This document shows positions 39,308-40,367 of a stretch of DNA of 40,367 nucleotides, one piece after another. Below the pieces are notes generated by a model. The model saw only the letters and a list, made by a program, of their open reading frames with translations, ran no database searches and was not told the DNA's origin. Made by a program: the position numbers and the translations under genes. The first letter of the stretch is position 1. Each line of letters opens with the position of its first letter. The DNA comes from an uncultured cyanobacterium (lineage in GTDB: Bacteria > Cyanobacteriota > Cyanobacteriia > Cyanobacteriales > Cyanobacteriaceae), in assembly GCA_963749915.1 (NCBI GenBank), contig CAVVOP010000034.1, positions 1 to 40,367 on the forward strand, read 5' to 3'.

Positions 39308-40281
39308 ATGAAAATATTAGTAGTTGGGGGCGACAGGCACTTTAGGAAGACAGATAGTGCGTCATGCTATTTATTAAGATTATCAAGTACGTTGTTTAGT
39401 CAGAAATAATGCTAGAGCTAGTTTTTTGAAGAATGGGGGTGCAGAATTAGTCAAAGGTGTATTGTTGAACCGAAAACCTTAATTCCTGCTTTTGAGGGGG
39501 TAGATGTAATCATTGATGCGGCAACTGCCAGAGCGACAGATTCATTGAGAATACAAGAGGTGGATTGGGCAAGGTAAAGTTAATTTAATTCGGGCGGCAA
39601 AAGAAGTTAATATTAAACGTTATGTATTTTTCTCCATTCTTAATGCTCAAGATTTTGAAAATGTGCCTTTGATGGAGATTAAGTATTGTACTGAGTTATT
39701 TTTACAAGAGTCTGCGTAAATTAGACGACTTTAAGTTAGCGGGATTTATGCAGGGTTTGATTGCTCAATATGGTATCCCCATCCTTGATAATCAACCAGT
39801 GTGGGTAAGTGGTGAAAGTACTCCTATTGCTTATATGAATACCCAAGATATTGCTAAATTTGCCCTTAAAGCCATCGAAATTCCGGAAACTGCTAATAAT
39901 AGTTATCCTGTGGTTGGTACCCGTGCATGGACAGGAGAACAGATTATTCAGCTTTGTGAGCGATTATCGGGCAAAAAAGCCAAAATTTCCCGTATTCCCA
40001 TCGGTTTACTGCGATTTTTACGAGGTTTTACCCGTTGGTTTAAGTGGACTCTCAATACATCCGATCGCCTTGCTTTTGCGGAAGTTTTAGCCAGTGGTAA
40101 GCCTTTAGATGCACCGATGGAGGAAGTCTATAAAACATTTAATTTTAGATCCCCAAGATACTACTACTTTAGAAGCTTATTTGAAAGAATATTTCGATCG
40201 CATCAGCCAAAGAAAATCAAAGAGATCGACTATGAGAAAAATAAAAGTAAAAAAAAGAAGAAAAACAGTTTCTTCAAGTAA
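39308..40281 (+). CDS. ycf39: Ycf39-like atypical SDR (PSII assembly factor), with multiple frameshifts or stops that are probably sequence errors
   Basis: MKILVVGATGTLGRQIVR, VIIDAATARATD, PLMEIKYCTE, GFMQGLIAQYGIPIL, IAYMNTQDIAKFA and DRLAFAEVL. Confidence 0.85.
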
Positions 40282-40367
40282 ATTTTACCAAATTTTCTGG
40301 TGACTATAATAATAGTTTTTTATTCTAATAATTTGATCAAAATCATTCCCTATTTTTTTCCTTACTT

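Overview
AT-rich cyanobacterial chromosomal DNA. Evidence: about 14 HIP1 octamers GCGATCGC, heptameric STRR repeats, and hliD, ycf39, cruA and crtD genes. The window has three parts. (1) 1-4689: relic of a Tn7-like transposon inserted 24 nt downstream of glmS. It retains a TGT-terminated end with three 20-bp-spaced TnsB-type boxes, an internal tnsD fragment, and a type I R-M hsdM cargo gene broken by an intact IS630 and an intact IS1634. (2) 4709-29875: mostly housekeeping genes, including glmS, SpoIID, a CruE-like desaturase, an S8 protease, a Cu chaperone, cysE, an M16 peptidase, a stand-alone dndC, hcp, cofH, crtD, cruA, an acyltransferase, a GTPase, an aldo/keto reductase and hliD. (3) About 29960-39210: an accessory island between hliD and ycf39. 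It holds a decaying methyltransferase / FAD-reductase / DUF5765 operon, a Uma2 gene, nested IS fragments, an ORF-less group II intron and a ParB-like gene. That ParB-like gene is split by a 558-bp transposase-free mini-transposon (about 23-bp TIRs, 9-bp TSD) whose only cargo is a four-helix-bundle (IVS/Avd-like) gene bracketed by inverted heptamer arms. A GC-rich structured insert in a STRR array follows. The mini-transposon is the most unusual element. Many frameshifts in ycf39 suggest lower sequence accuracy near the right end.
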